The position numbers were made by a program, and so were the translations under genes. The notes under the pieces were generated by a model. It saw only the letters and a program-made list of their open reading frames with translations. It made no database searches and was not told the DNA's origin. From Mytilus edulis (lineage: Eukaryota), in NCBI RefSeq assembly GCF_963676685.1, contig NC_092355.1:62248001-62312000 (forward strand): a DNA stretch of 64,000 bases, in the 5' to 3' direction. Below, in pieces: positions 63,056-64,000 of the stretch (the first letter of the stretch is position 1; the number at the start of each line of letters is the position of its first letter).

Positions 63056-64000
63056 TTATTAATACATGTTTAAGACAAGAACAAATTAACAAGAAGTTCA
63101 ATCATAGATTTATATGCGGGTTATATTTCTAAATGCGAAAATAAATTGCTTGTGAAAATAAATCGCTCGCGAAAATAAGTTGGTTTACAGTAAGCAAGAA
63201 ATTTATACATTTCCCTTAATTGAAAAGACACAAAGTTTGAAGTACTCACAGTAACTGACAGCTTAAGTTAAAAGCCATAAAAACTAATGCATGTAATAAA
63301 AAACAGGTTTATGAGCACTCGACCCTACCCTAACTTTAGACAGTGGTTTCACAGCTCAACATATATATATATATAAAGAACAAACTGCCTAAAATTGAAA
63401 GATTGATAAATGCACAAAATCAACTATTATAAGAACTATAGATAAAAGCATTCACAAGTAAGAAAGAAAATATATTTAAAATGTTAATAAACATGACAAA
63501 ATAAACTTTTATTGCTGTTTCTCTCTCCATTTATAACATTTTATTTGTTTATTTTGTGTATTTATAGGTGATCAGACATCTTGGTTTTCATGATCAATAG
63601 TTCATTACTGAAGAGGAAACTTAAAGTTGAAATTTATCTAAATAGTGCGCAATTGGATTAATTTGAACTGGAATGTGTGCTTTCCTGCAAAAAAACTTAG
63701 GAAATTTCATCATAATCACATGATAATGGCCATACACAAAATGGAGTTCTATCATAGATACACAAAAACACTATTGTATAAAAGCAACAACATATTATAT
63801 TTATTAGTCGAAAGAAAGAAGAAATGCAGAAAAAATATTATTTTGTTGTTGAAAAAAGGAACACTAGTTTTATCCACTCATTTACATCGCCCGCATATAT
63901 CAAATATACGGAAGATCATTGAAGAAAAATTTGCAAAAATGTTTTCTCTTAGAATTGAATGAAAATGTTTAGTGAATGGAATAATGTATTCACTGAATTC

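Noticed and set aside
62430-63962. Exon-like stretches near the window end
   Set aside because: Multiple stops and no recognisable protein family; cannot be supported without homology data.

Overview
AT-rich eukaryotic, repeat-dominated DNA. The interspersed repeats resemble those of bivalves such as Mytilus (inferred, not searched). No intact host protein-coding gene is recognisable. Main contents: (1) Two distinct, near full-length DIRS1-type tyrosine-recombinase retrotransposons (25595-30667 and 30859-36364; gag, RT/RNaseH/MT, YR, ITRs, ICR), inserted 191 bp apart in one copy of a local segmental duplication. The second copy (about 41.7-44.8 kb) preserves both empty target sites, so the recombination cores can be read directly. 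(2) A minus-strand APE-type LINE (RTEX-like) split by a three-level nest of DNA elements. Its 3' UTR carries an array of five 20-22 bp palindromic repeats separated by largely unrelated 40-61 bp spacers. (3) Further LINE fragments, a deleted PIF/Harbinger element, Helentron-like non-autonomous elements, SINEs and MITEs. (4) At least seven tandem-repeat families, with units of about 11, 122, 63/112, 33, 73, 23 and 77 bp. Most short ORFs in the track are repeat-derived or spurious.
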